Of a DNA stretch of 64,000 nt, positions 37,198 to 49,987 are shown one piece after another. Position numbers and translations under genes: made by a program. This DNA is from Centroscyllium fabricii. Taxonomy: Eukaryota. The stretch covers positions 261,516,001-261,580,000 of the forward strand of contig JBNRSN020000007.1 of assembly GCA_051313645.2 (NCBI GenBank). The letters are read 5' to 3'. A model generated the notes under the pieces. That model made no database searches, was not told the origin of the DNA, and saw only the letters and a list, made by a program, of their open reading frames with translations. Each line of letters begins with the position of its first letter. Position 1 is the stretch's first letter.

Positions 37198-37675
37198 TCA
37201 ATTCACTGATATTGTCCAACGGTCTAAAGTCTAATGGTATATTTTAATAACTTTTATTGGTCACATTATCCACTGTAGTATATTTAAATCACTTTGGCTA
37301 AATTTGTCGACAAAAGCATCTTTTATGAGGTACAAAATCAGTGCGAAGATGCTCAAGAAAGTGTCACTTCCTGGTGGTTACTTGGCTTCCAGTACAAAGT
37401 TCAAACTGTTGTATTTAACTTTTTAGTACAGTACCCTGTACTACATTTCACTAGACCTCAGTGTGCATCCAGTACTCAAACTTACGTGAGTCTTATTAAG
37501 CAGAGCTGTCCGCATTGGAGAAATATTGGGACTGACATTTACATGAAAAAATAATTGAAAACATATTTAACTATATAGAGCTGTGTTTATGTTTTTGAAG
37601 TGCTAGACATTAAACATCTTAACATTTTAAACCAAAATTGACACGTCTGGTTAAGTGGCATCCCATACAAACCTA

Positions 37676-37831
37676 TTACAAAAGCAAAGTACTGCGGATG
37701 CTGGAAATCTGAAATAAAAACAGAAAATGCTGAAATTACTCCGCAGGTCAGGCAGCATCTGTGGAGAAAGAAACAGGGTTACCGTTTCAGGTTCCCTTTC
37801 ATCACTTTTGCCAGCATTTTCTGTTTTTATT
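37676..37831 (-). mobile_element. Penelope-like family B with short inverted end
   Basis: TACTGCGGATGCTGGAAATCTGAAATAAAAACAGAAAATGCTG ... CCAGCATTTTCTGTTTTTATT. Confidence 0.75.
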
Positions 37832-38694
37832 GTGCACAAACCTATAACCTGTCTATGGGCCTTAGTCATCAATTTTGGCAAATAGTCCATACCGTCATAA
37901 GAGTATGAGAAGAGGAATAATACCACAGCAGTGTAGCTGAAATGGTCGTCAGGTCCCATTTGTGCCACAATCTTGACTTGGTCGGGCGATGTTTGCTCTT
38001 ATCACTCTGCATAACAAAGGAAGTTCCACTCCTTTGTACAGTTAGCTTCGACAAAATCCCCACACCATGTATTTGCTGATGATGAGGTCAGGTTTACTGT
38101 GGATCTCACAGACACAGAATTGCCCGTTGACAAATAGTTCGAACTAACATTAATGGCAGCAGTCATTCCATAATGTGGCTTGGTTGATGGAGAATAAAAA
38201 CCCAGATATTAAGTGCAAGTCTAAACTTAAATTTGTTTACCAGTGACTTGGATGTTGAACCTTCCCAGGAGTATTCTGTTAAACAAAATAAAGCTAAAAA
38301 GTAATGGGTACTTGGATAAGTCAGAACTATTCCTTGCTATTATTATTACCAGCTCACCTTCCTTTATTTGGCTAAACCTCTGTTAGGTTTTTGGGTTTTT
38401 ACGCCAGACGTTTGATGTTCCCCTCCCAGATGTGGAACTCAAGTCTTGCAAGAACTAAAATGTGCTTTTAACTGCCCAATATCTAAACGAATGTAGCAAG
38501 GCTCAGAGTAGAATAGAGAACCTTTGGGGGGGAATTTTAACCTAAAACAACTAACTGGTGGATTTGGAGCGTGCGGGTAGTTAAATAGTTAAAAATCATA
38601 ATCTCAACCTGAACCCACCACCAACCCACCCAACGGAGGCGGGACGGGGGTGGACAGCCAACTCACTGCCAGGAAGCGGGATGTCAATTTAACC

Positions 38695-39426
38695 CAGGGG
38701 TCCCCAACCTTTGTGCGTTCGCGGCCCGTTTTGGGCTTGTCAATTTCTTCGGGGACCGGTGGGGGGGTCGTAACGGAGGTTTTTAGTCTCAGCGGGGAGG
38801 GGGGGGTGCTAACGGAGATTTTTAGTCTCATCGGGGGAAGGGAGGGGAGTTGACGGAGATTTTTAGTCTCAGCTGGGGGTGGAGGTGCTGACGGAGATTT
38901 TTAGTCTCAGGTGGGGGGGAGTTGGCTGACGGAGATTTTAAAGGTTACCAGCCTTCTTTTTGTGCCTCAATTTCTTTGGTGGGGGGGTCCTGACGGAGAT
39001 TTTTAGTCTCAGCGGGGGGGGGGGGGGGGAGGGTGCTGACGGAGATTTTTAGTCTCAGCGGGGGGAGGGGGGCGCTGACGGAGATCTTTAGTCTCAGCGG
39101 GGGAAGGGGGGTGCTGACGGAGATTTTTAGTCTCAGCTGGGGGGGGGTGCTGACGGAGGTTATTAAATATTGTCAATATTTCTGTTGACTACAGGCTCTG
39201 AGAATCAGCGCATGCGCCGATTCATAGACCCTGCCACGTCCAGTCGATCAATTGACAACAGGCCGCGGCAGGGTCTGTGATTCGGCGCATGCGCCGAACA
39301 TTAGCCAAAAGTCAGCGGCAAGGGAGTTGTATCGGCGCATGCGTGGATTCTCATAACCTTCCGCGGACCGGTAAAACTGTCCCGCGGACCGGTGCCGGTC
39401 CATGGACCGGTGGTTGGGGACCGGTG
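38695..39426. mobile_element. hAT (Charlie-like) MITE
   Basis: TIR CAGGGGTCCCCAACC / GGTTGGGGACCGGTG; 8-bp TSD ATTTAACC/CTTTAACC. Confidence 0.88.
38760..39160. repeat. G-tract minisatellite, ~40-bp unit, ~10 copies
   Basis: (G)n-TGCTGACGGAGATTTTTAGTCTCAGC repeated. Confidence 0.9.
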
Positions 39427-39654
39427 CTTTAACCATCATTTTTGTCTTTAACTGCAACTGGACGTGGTTTGCACACTTCGTAAAATCCAGCAGTTACAGC
39501 AAGGTGAGGACTGCTGCATCCAGGAGGTAAGTGCCTTTATACTTAGCTCCTGGATTCAGGGTCCCTACCTAGCCCACACCCCGCAATTGGAGACCCTCCC
39601 ATGTAGCCTCTGATCGCCTTCCCAGACCCTCTACTCCCCCCCCACACCCCGCCA

Positions 39655-39965
39655 GATCCTCCGTTGGCCAGCCCCGATCTTCCTTTCCTCCCCAATGATG
39701 ATCCTGAGGCTGGCCCCAATCTTCATCCCCCCAACCCACGATCATCCTGAGGCCCCGATCTTCCTCCCCCCACCCAATGATCCTGAGGATGGCCCCAATC
39801 TTCATCCCCCCAACCCACGGTCATCCTGAGGCCCCGATCTTCCTCCCCCCACCCAATGATCCTGAGGATGGCCCCGATCCTCCGGTGGCCAGCCCCGATC
39901 TTCCTTTCCCCTCCCCCCACCCCAATCCTTCATAAGCCGACCCGCCACCCCCCCCCGATCCTTCC
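39655..39965. repeat. C-rich minisatellite, ~39-bp unit
   Basis: GATCCTGAGG..GGCCCC(A/G)ATCTTC..CCCCC repeated. Confidence 0.85.
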
Positions 39966-40519
39966 CTCTATGCGGCCTACCAGCCGGCCTCTTCACCTGG
40001 CTAGCTACAGGTGGGACACAGAGGTTTCAGATGCAAATCATGCCCTGCCGTTAAAGTTGGCAGGGCCTGCGGGAAACCTGTCCCCCCCGGGTTTCCAATT
40101 CGCCTCGGCGCCCCCTCCTTGTCCCCAACCCACCATCGCCATGTAAATCCAGCCCTTTGTCACTGTACAGGTACTTGGCATCTTACTAGACTATATCTTG
40201 TGATGTTGCCTTTAGTAGATGGAAGAATAACCATTCTATCAGACCGCAACTCAAGACTATAAACCACTAGACATGTTTACTGAACAGCAAAACAGGAAAA
40301 GGCACAATACTGAACACAGAAGTTTTACAGTAACTATAGATTTTACTGTTTTTTCTCGGAATCAAAACAAAGGCACTTGCTTATGTTCAACTCTCAATGT
40401 AAAACTAACCCATCAAGCTTTGGTCCTCGTTATGTAGCTCTTCACTACCATGGAATCCTTGTACCCCTGATGACTGTCAGCTGACTTCTGTCTGTTTGCT
40501 TAACCAGGACGATTAACAT

Positions 40520-41088
40520 TTATGCTTTTGTCATCTCCAGACTCGACTATTCCAGTGTTCTCCTAGCTGGCCTGCCATCTTCCACCCTTCATAAACCTGA
40601 GCTCATGCAAAACTGTACTGCCCGCATCCTAACTCTCCAGTCCCATTCACCCACCACTCCTGTGCTTGCTGACCGACGTTGGCAAGCAGACCTAACAATG
40701 CCTCGATTAAAAAAAATTCTCCTCCTTGTGATCATATCCTTCCATGGCTCGCGCCTCCCTATTTCTGTAACCTCTTCCAGCCTTACACCCCTCCGAGAAC
40801 TCTGTGTTCCCCCAACTCTGGGCTCCTGTGCATCCCCCATTTCCTTCGCCTCAACATTGGCGGCCGTGCCTTCAACTATTTAGGCCCTCGGCTCGAATTC
40901 CCTCTACCAACCTCTTCGCCTCGCCACCTCTCTCCTTTAAGATGATGCTTAAAATCTACCTCTCCGACCAAATGTTTGGTCACCTGGCCTAATGTCTCCT
41001 TCTCTGGCTCGGTGTCTGATTACGTTCCTGTGAAGCGCCTTAGAATGTTTTACTTTGTTAAAGGCGCTATATAAATGCAAGTTGTTGT
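40520..41088 (+). mobile_element. L2 LINE 3' end
   Basis: AFVISRLDYS..LLAGLP, GGRAFNYLGPRL; tail AAAGGCGCTATATAAATGCAAGTTGTTG. Confidence 0.85.
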
Positions 41089-41180
41089 ATTTCTTTTAAC
41101 TACATCATTTCCAGATTCAAAATAGCATTTGCTCACACAAATACAGCTACCCAACATGCACGTTCCCCCCCCTTGCAATA

Positions 41181-41628
41181 CAGGAAACTCTTGTTTAAAC
41201 AGCACCTAACAATCCAAAATTCTCTATTAACCGGCCAAATTCTCATCCAAAAACAACACCTCAAGTCAATGTTGCCGAGTCAGAGTCTCCTGTGGTGGCT
41301 GAGTTAATCAGTGGGGGTAGTTCGCCAAACTGCCACTACTCGGCTTCTTGGCGCTGTCAGGAGTCAGAACACCTCAATAACCCTGTAACAGGAGTCTGGC
41401 TCTCCCACGTGTCTCCCACGCTGCTGGTAGTCACTGCATTGCATTACCTTCAACTGACAGTACTGTACTTAAATGGATGGTGGAAGATGCTTGATTAACA
41501 CAACATTCTGTAGGTGAGTACCCAATTACTGAATACTGCACATTTCTTGATTTTTTTAAAATAGCCTCGGTTTTAACCCTCTCCGTCATCCAGAATTTTT
41601 GATGAACTGGATACCAAAGAGTTTCCTG
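41181..41628. mobile_element. Tigger-like MITE family B
   Basis: TA|CAGGAAACTCTT ... AAGAGTTTCCTG|TA. Confidence 0.82.
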
Positions 41629-43799
41629 TACATATAATTACATGGAATGGCTTGACCAGTTAATCATTTCCAAACATTTTGAATGATGTGTGGGATGCGT
41701 CACCATCCAAGGACAATGGCAGCAATCAATCCATGCATATCAACCAGTCTCTAATGTGTATCCTTTGCAGTGTGCAGAAACAGCTAGCAATAATGAATTG
41801 TAATCTGGTGCATCGATAGGCCCAATAATCCATCACGGCCAAAATACTTGATTTTTTTTTCCACAGCCTCTCAAGTGAGGCTGCTGTGCCCAAAACCTAG
41901 GGGCAGGATCGGGATGGAGCAGCGTAGAGTGTGCTGATGGCTGGAGTAGTTGTGTATTTTCTGCTGACGGTGACAATGATCTAAAAACATTTTAACTAAA
42001 ACCCTCACATCCTAAGTCATAGAAACGGTAACTTTTATGGGCTGGGTTTCCCCATGATTTTTTTAAATTCATTTAATTACTGGATGGAAAGTTATGGGAA
42101 GCAGGCCTACAATTTCCCAATATAAGCTTCCAGCAGGCAAGGCAACAGCAACATACAATTTGGAAAATCAGCCCCTTTCATGCCTGGCTTGCATTTTAAG
42201 AATTGATGCTTAAAAATTAGACTGCCTTGTCTGAAAACCAGATGGGTGACAACACTGCTCGGAGGAAGAGTGAAAGGGAGAAATCAAATAGAAAAAGAGA
42301 ATTGGTTGATTTAAAAAAAAAAAAATGACATTTATAAATTACAAATTGTATAATTATAACATTATTTGAAAGAGCATGAAGAGCTTTCGGTTGTGTTCAA
42401 TTGCAGGAAAAGGCCATTGAAAACTGCCCCAGCCAACTTGCTGGCTGCTGGAGGATTGAGTTTTGCTACAGACGATGTAGGATCTAGTTTGTAAATTCAC
42501 CCGTAACCTTTGTTAACCAAAATGTGCCGTGGGATTCGGGTCATATAATTGTTGCTTATTCATTAGTTCACAGACTTGGCATAAAGTCAGCACTCTTTGT
42601 CTTTAAATGTAATCTTTATAGACTAATGATTGGTTGTGAGGAATCTTGTCGTTCAACACACCCTCACTTTAAAACTCTCAAAAGCAATTTGTTGCCTCAG
42701 CCATTACTTCCTGCTATGGGATTAAAAACATAAACGTCTGTCAGATGGTCTAAATGCTGCTAACTGTTGCCATTACATCATTTCTGGCTTCGCCTGAACC
42801 TACCAAGGGGGTCTGTCCCTTGCTCCATCAAGCATATACATATTAGCTAAGTGACAGCTGCACCAGGAATCCACATAATCATATTTCAGCTGCTGGAAGG
42901 GTGGGTGGAAGAGGAAGAAGATGAAGATCAAATTGTAATAAAAGCCTCATGTGCGTAAAACAAATGTGTAACACTTGTAGTTTAGAATAGCCTTGGATTC
43001 TCTTCTCTTGCTCCCCGTCACAAACCACCAGACTACTTTGAAAGGACTTGGATTTTTTTTAAAGATTTATTTTTAAATTAATGCCTTGATAGGACTGTAA
43101 CAAAACCCCACTGGGTGTGTGCAATTGCAAATCCGCAATGTTTTTAAGTTTTGGTCTAAAAAAAAGAGTACGACGTCTGCAAGCATTGGCTTATTTTTCA
43201 GTCAGTGTGGTAAAAGTTTCAGTCAACAGGGAATGGAGCTTTGTTACAGTCCTGGTTATATTACAGGAGATGTCTGCTTACGCAAGAAAAATGCTGGTTT
43301 CAAAAATGTGTAAAATTAATTTGTCAAACCTTATTTGAGCCACTTCCTAACATTTGTAAATTCAAGTTACCGACAAGGAAATTCTTAAGTTGAATGTACA
43401 AAATGTGTGTTACCATCTCGAATTTCTGTATGAATACTGTAGTTAAATATTGAAGATGAATTATTTTGTTGGCGTATTCTGATGTACATTTCTGAGTAAA
43501 TGCTGCCAAACCATTGAAAGACTTTCCATTATAGTGCTGTATCTCTGAACTCACTGCCTTCGTCCAGCATCTTTATACACAAGTAAAAAATATTTCTTGC
43601 AAAGACAAAGTAGCAGAGTAAAAACAGGCATATTTTCTTAACTTGGGGTTATGTATTCAGTGTTGTCACTAGAATTTCAGTAAAGTGTGATGGTGGGGCT
43701 GTGAAATTTTCCCATCACCATAATGTTGACATTTTTGATTCAATGGGGATTTCTATAAAGTAGAAAGGCTGGGCGTGTATAAATATCTTTTCATACTAT

Positions 43800-44283
43800 A
43801 GATGTGGAGGCGCTGGAGAGGGTGCAGAGGAGATTCACCAGGATGCTGCCGGGAATGGGGGGAAAGTCGTACGAGGAGAGGTTAAGGGAGCTGGGACTCT
43901 TCTCCCTGGAACGGAGAAGGAAGAGGGGGGACTTAATAGAGATGTTTAAAATGATGAAGGGGATCGATAGAGTAAACGTGCAGAGACTGTTTCCCCGGGT
44001 GGGAAGAACGACAACAAGAGGGCACGAGCACAAGATTCAAGGAGGAAGATTCAGAAGGGATGGCAGGGGCAAGTTCTTTACGCAGAGAGTGGTCGGGGAA
44101 TGGAATAGGCTACCATCTGAAATAGTGGATGCGGACAGTCTGGGTGCTTTTAAAAGGATGATAGATAGGTACATGGAGGGGAAGGAAGAGTAGGGGGGAC
44201 AGGAAAAATCAGAGACGGACTAAGCGCGGCACTACATTGAGGGCCCAAGGGCCTGTACAGTGCTGTATGTTCTATGTTCTATA
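43800..44283 (+). mobile_element. Young 5'-truncated CR1-type LINE (distinct subfamily)
   Basis: Uninterrupted ALERVQRRFTRMLPGM..FFTQRVVGEWNRLP; (ATGTTCT)n tail. Confidence 0.92.
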
Positions 44284-44334
44284 TCCACTTGAACTGAAAA
44301 TAACCAGTGATATAATGACAAATTTTGTCTTTCA

Positions 44335-44823
44335 GGGCGAGGTGGTGGCGTAGTGGTTATATCACTAGACTAGTAAGCCAGAGGCTCAGTCAAATGCTCT
44401 GACGATATGGGTTCAAATCCCACCATGGCAGCTGGTGGAATTTAAATTCAATTCAATTTAATTCTGGAATTAAATGTTAGTCTTAGTGATGGCGACCATG
44501 ATACCATTGTCGATTGTTGCAAAAACCCATCTGGTTCACTAATGTCCTTTAGGTGAAGGAAATCTGCCGTCCTTACCTGGTCTGGCCTACATGTGACTCC
44601 AGACCCACAGCAATGTGGTTGACTCTTAATGCCCTCTGAAATGGCCTAGCGAGCCACTCAGTTGTAAACAACCGCTACGAAAACCAATAAGACACCATAT
44701 GGACTGCAGCGGTTCAAGAAGGCGGCTCACCACCATCTTCTCAAGGGCAATTAGGGATGGGCACTAAATGCAGGCCTAGCCAGCCAGCGATGCCCTCATC
44801 CCATCAACGAATAATAAAAAAAT
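44335..44823 (+). mobile_element. tRNA-derived SINE family 2
   Basis: A box TGGCGTAGTGG, B box GGTTCAAATCC, tail shared with the LINE at 13108, A-rich end. Confidence 0.88.
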
Positions 44824-45369
44824 AGGGTTTTTCCAGACAGAACATTTTCAGCCGTACAACACAAATAGTGCTGATTTTTGGTGGTAGCTGCAAACTGAGG
44901 CGACAAATTAAAGCTGCTTTTATACCGAGGCCTGTGCTGGTACTGCCAGTTACTGATGCACACGGCTTGCATAGCAGGCTGTATATAGCCTGAAGGTAAA
45001 CCTGCCAGATTCGATAAAGGCTGGCTAGCAGGAAGGCCTGATTTTTAAAAACAGGTCTTTCTGGTTACCAGCTTTTGCAAATCTATTCTAAAAGCAACTT
45101 CAAAGTATCACAACATTAGTGTGCGGATGCAGCATTAAAAGCACGGCTCAAGTATGATTTGTATTTTTAGTAAACTGGTATCAATTCACTAAATAAGTCT
45201 GGTGACACCACTTCAAGTATTTGTACAAGATGAGTAGTTCAGCTATACTGACTCATATCAGTTGATGCGGAGGGAAACTGTATGACTCAACCACAATGAA
45301 GTCATGGCTAGGAGCTCAATTCTGCACATCACAATCTGTGTGGTTATTAGTTCATGAAATTACACCAAA

Positions 45370-47830
45370 AAAATCAATCTTTCGTTACCAATTTATTAAA
45401 TAATTACAGAATTCAAAATTATCAAATGTCAAGGTTTTTTTATTAGAGTGGTATTAAAAAAAATTCACAGATGTGATCAATGTTCCTGTAAGACAAAGAA
45501 GGGAGTTGAAAGAACTCCTTTAAATATTGCACAGATTGAAAATGAAGACTTGAATAGTTGGGTGGTCCCTTCAAATAACAAAAAAAACACACCACCATCA
45601 TAAGGCACATTTGCATTTATCTCACTTATGTACATGATCTGCAAAGCCCCTTTTTGCATTAACACTGCACCAAATTTTTAAAGCTTCCAACACAAATAGC
45701 GTTTATGTAAAAGCTCCTTCGTAGAACCCCAGGTATACAGTTTGGCCATGTATATGATTTACAGTAAAGGGCTGGTGTCTGAAGAAAAAGGTCTGCAGCT
45801 GCAAGATCAAAAGTAAATGGTCTGCAAACAAAAGAGATCTTCTCCATGCATTGTGATTAGCCGAAATGCAGTTTGGTTGAAAGACAGTTCAAGCTGTCGG
45901 TTTTTAGTCCCAATCGTACAATGTACCACACTGCCACACACTGGAGACAAGCAGTATTTTGGTATGCAAGGGTCATCTGAAAATCAGCTTGAATGACTTG
46001 CATTTTAAATCACCGGTTCCCCATTTTCTAAACCAGACTTTTTTCACAATACATTTTTCTTGTGTGTGACTGTGTTGAGTGTCATCTGCCAAACAAGTTT
46101 TAGAATCTGAAAAATGAACTTATTTGAATCCCAGACTACCATACAAATGATGATCTTAGCACTAATGTTTTAAAAAGGAAGTTTCACATCACCTTTAACA
46201 ATGGACTACTACATTTTAAAAAATATTGTAAAAAATAAAAGATAGCTACATTCACAGATAGAACTAACAAATTGAAATCAGTTTACCTTTTTAATAGTTC
46301 TGTACTCAAAAGTTACAAATGAATACCTCAGAGCTAACGTCACATTGCTATATCATAAATCTATTGAGTAGTGATTAGAGGAAGTTGCCAGTTTTATCTT
46401 ACAATTTGCCTCTAACAGAACCACAATTTAAAGTTACAATTCTTCAGCTCAGTAGTAAAGATCCATTATATACAAATGAAAAAATATTCTACTAATATTT
46501 TATGATTCAGACGCTTTGCACGTATTGAGGACTAAAGAACGCGCAAGAGAATTTCCAGTCCTGGTCATCCGCACTACTTTGGGTTACCTTGACACTGCCC
46601 CTTTTGTTTTGTACTCAATACGTCTGCTTCAATGACAGCAGTGTTATCTGAGAAAAACTATTCCAAAACAATTCTTAAAACATGAACTCTGCCACGTTGG
46701 TCAGTCAACATAAAACCCGAACAAATTAGGTAATCTGCAGTTCCTTGAAGTACAGGTTGTGCACCGTTAATTCGGCACGGGCAGGACTAGGCCCGTGCCG
46801 GTATACCAAAAAAAAACGGGAGAATGAAGCCAGCCAGAAAATGGCCGCCGCTAAGTTTTGAAGAGCCCTAAAGAAATGTTAAATAACACAAAAACGCAGG
46901 AGAAACTCAGCAGGCCAGGCAGCATCGGTGGAGAGAGGAGCAGAGTTGACGTTTCAGGTCGATGACCTTTTTTCAAAACTAGAGAAGCCGGGAGGGGAGA
47001 TTTTAAAGCTTGTGGGGGAATGTTTATGGATGTGATAGCTGCAGCCGTGGAGCTTCTCACTCCTTGCGCACACAGAGGGAGCAGGCCTTTTCATCCACAA
47101 TGTCGGCGCGGGAAACATTTCACACTCGCATTGTTCTCCCACCGGCTTCAGCCAAGCTTTGACAAGGAAGCCGCACCGTGTCCGCACCGCCGGCCGCTCA
47201 GCGCCATCTTCCTCACCCGCAGCATTCTGGGAGCACAGGCACCACTTCTCTTCCAGCGACCATTTTGAATGATCTGCGCATGCGCTCGCCGTTCAGCGGC
47301 GCATGCGCAGACCATTCGCCGAAGCATCGATCACGGCGGCCATTTTGCGCATGCACAGGACAGTCGGGGCAATTTGTTCCGGAAGACTGAAGGTGCCGGC
47401 TTATCGGGTAACGGATTAACGGTGCACAACCTGTACAAGTATAACTCATTTTATATCTGCAGTCAAAAGTACAGAATACTAATTAATAATGCTTACTATG
47501 TTGTAATCCCAGAATCTACAGTTTGCAGAGTGCAAAGCTACAATGGAGGCTCTGAGAATACTACTGAAAATAATTATTGCAACCCTTAAATTCAAGGGGT
47601 CTACAATCAACCGGACAGCCTTGAGAGAGAGATTTAACTTCCAGTTCAAGTGGGCAGACTTTAAGCTATTTCTCCAACCAGGAGAAATGCATTTTAATAG
47701 TCGTTCTCCAAGATGGATTTTACAACAGTATTAAGTAACACGCTACTGCCCATCCATAGACTAGAACCAACCAACAGGTTTCTTGGATATCTACATTTCT
47801 ACTCCATTCACATTCCTTGATGCATCTGTT
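45370..47830 (-). other. Putative TGIF 3'UTR
   Basis: AT-rich sequence downstream of the stop; minus-strand AATAAA (TTTATT) at 45392 and 45439. Confidence 0.45.
46753..47433. mobile_element. Tigger-like MITE family A with cargo, inside the putative TGIF 3'UTR
   Basis: TIRs and TA flanks; cargo block shared with 10821-11833. Confidence 0.9.
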
Positions 47831-48355
47831 TTAAGATGAAATCTTAATATTCTGTTTCTGAGATTCCAGTTCAGCAGCCCGCTGGAGTGCAACATCCACC
47901 AGCAACTGAAAGCCACTGAAGTCCTGATGGAGTTCTGGTGGAGTGGGAGGAGGTGTGTTGAACAGTCCATTGTTGGGACTAGTTGAATCTGTGCACGTTC
48001 CCAAAGTAGTGGGGTTATCAGTGTTAAACAGAGGTCGAGCTAACTCTTGGTCAGTCAGTTTTGAGGTTTTCTTACTGTCGTTGCCAGAGTCTGGGCAAAA
48101 GAGTAAAGGCATGTCCTTAACCATCGATGTTGCTGCATGGCAGATGACAGAAGGCCGAACAGATGCAGACAAAAGAGTGGAGGTGGTAGCTGAAGCGGAA
48201 TTCTCCAATGGGTTTGGTCCACCTACACTTCGAGATGGGTTCAGTTCAGAGGACTTGCTTTTGCGAGAAATGGTGAATTGATGAGGGTCTTTGCCATCCT
48301 TCCGCAGCATATCTGGCAAAAGTCGTCTCCTTGCATTGATGAACCAGTTGGAGAC
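47831..48355 (-). CDS. TGIF2: TGIF-family TALE homeobox repressor, terminal coding exon (likely TGIF2 by linkage to DLGAP4)
   Basis: After acceptor TTAAG| reads [32 protein letters not shown]...RPSVICH...[35 protein letters not shown]; family is secure, paralogue is inferred. Confidence 0.85.
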   Translation of the reverse strand, partial: VSNWFINARRRLLPDMLRKDGKDPHQFTISRKSKSSELNPSRSVGGPNPLENSASATTSTLLSASVRPSVICHAATSMVKDMPLLFCPDSGNDSKKTSKLTDQELARPLFNTDNPTTLGTCTDSTSPNNGLFNTPPPTPPELHQDFSGFQLLVDVALQRAAELESQKQNIKISS

Positions 48356-48776
48356 CTTAAATTTGAAAGCAAAGGCAAATAGTTATTTAACACATTGCTA
48401 TGACAACAAAATCATTTATAGGGAAGAACAAAATCACACGATTAAGTTCAAGGTCTGATTTTACAACACACTAAAACCCAGCTGGTTAGAGATCCTCAGA
48501 TTCTACTAGATTCTGTAACATAACACCATATAATTTAATGTAAATTTTCAGGATTTAAAAAAATTCTTTCGCAGAGCCACCAACAACCTTCACTCTCCAC
48601 CCTAGTCTCACTCATTCAGAAGCAGAGGTTATTTACTGCTCTTACTTCAGCATTCTGGTTTGCAGAACATTTTTGGACACCGGAAGACTAACCGGCACTT
48701 TATAAATTTCTAATAGTTTTGTGTCCATGATACTGGTTTACATTGAAAAAAATTATTAAAATGCAAACTATTTCGA

Positions 48777-49987
48777 TGATGTGGAGGTACACCGTGGGGT
48801 GGACAATTGTAAGAAGTCACACAACACCAGGTTATAGTCCAACAGTTTTATTTGAAATCACAAGCTTTCGGAGCGCTGCTCCTTCATCAGGTGAAAGTCT
48901 GTCTCTCTTTCACCTGACGAGGGGGCAAAACCAACAGACCACAGTCTGTGAAGTTAGGCAACCTCACCTCACCCCCCACTTACCCTGAACACGGGGGCCC
49001 CACAAGGTTGTGTGCGGAGCCCCCTCCTCTACTCCCTCTTCACTCACGACTGTGCGGCTGTCCATGGCTCCAACACGATCATCAAGTTTGCGGATGACAC
49101 CACGGTGGTTGGCCAGATCACCAACAACGACGAGTCAGCCTACAGGGATGAGATCCAGCGCCTTGTGGGTTGGTGTGCCGACAACAACCTGGCACTGAAC
49201 ACCAAGAAAACTAAGATCATCATAGTGGACTTCCGGAGGACTGGAAGCAGAAGACACACCCCCATCTTCATCCAAGGGGCTGAGGTGGAAAGGGTGTCCA
49301 GCTTCAAGTTCCTCGGGGTCCACATCTCGGAAGATCTCTCCTGGTCACTAAACACTTCCTCTCTGGTTAAGAAGGCCCAACAGCGCCTGTACTTCCTAAG
49401 GAAGCTGAAGAAAGCCAGGCTGTCATCCGGCATCCTCTCCAACTTCTACCGCTGCACAATAGAAAGCATACTGACAGGCTGCATCACAGTCTGGTATGGA
49501 AATTGCACTATCTCGGACCGGAAAACCCTGCAGCGGGTAGTCAAAACTGCCCAACGAATCACCGGTACCCAGCTACCGTCAATGGAAAGCATCTACCTCA
49601 AACGCTGCTTACGGAGGTCTCTGAACATTATTAAAGACCCCACACACCCCAGCCACAGTCTGTTCGCCCCCCTGCCCTCCGGGAGACGCTACAGATCAAT
49701 TCGCACCCGCACGACTAGATTTAAGAACAGCTTCTTCCCCAGGGCTGTCAGCCTCCTGAACTCTAAAAATAAACTCCGGTACCTGCACGCCTGATAATGT
49801 ACTTTAGTGTATGAAATTTGCGTGTAATTTATTTACACTACTCTCGGGAGCGTCGAATCTTCGTCTCGTTCTATTGTACTAGTACTCTGCAATGACAATA
49901 AAACTTGAATTGAATTGAAGCTCCGAAAGTTTGTGATTTAAAATAAAACTGTTGGACTATAATCTGGTGTTGTGTGACTTCTTGCAG
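48777..49987 (-). mobile_element. Penelope-like family A palindromic insertion split by a LINE
   Basis: Tail and left arm 48777-48897; right arm 48911-48930 resumes at 49920-49987. Confidence 0.85.
48931..49919 (+). mobile_element. Rex1/Babar-like LINE, 5'-truncated, uninterrupted RT frame to 49794
   Basis: NTGAPQGCVRSPLLYSLFTHDC..IIKFADDTTVVG..KKAQQRLYFLRKL..FKNSFFPRAV; AATAAA plus (TTGAA)n tail. Confidence 0.93.

Larger units (their letters stand above)
38525..40155. mobile_element. Probable Harbinger-like non-autonomous element hosting a hAT MITE and a minisatellite
   Basis: Weak TIR similarity (GGGGGAATTTTA / TAAATCCAGCCC); GC-rich interior. Confidence 0.45.

Noticed and set aside
37850-38100. 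Exon-like unique sequence with short ORFs
   Set aside because: No recognisable protein similarity or convincing splice-site pair
38760-39160. Repeat-spacer pattern resembling a CRISPR array
   Set aside because: Spacers are just variable G-runs; eukaryotic context and no cas genes
28830-45370. MYL9 expected from human synteny
   Set aside because: No EF-hand or myosin regulatory light chain exon recognised by eye or in the ORF track
49012-49794. 260-aa ORF as a domesticated host gene
   Set aside because: 5'-truncated LINE RT with its own microsatellite tail, no true start, inserted in a young repeat
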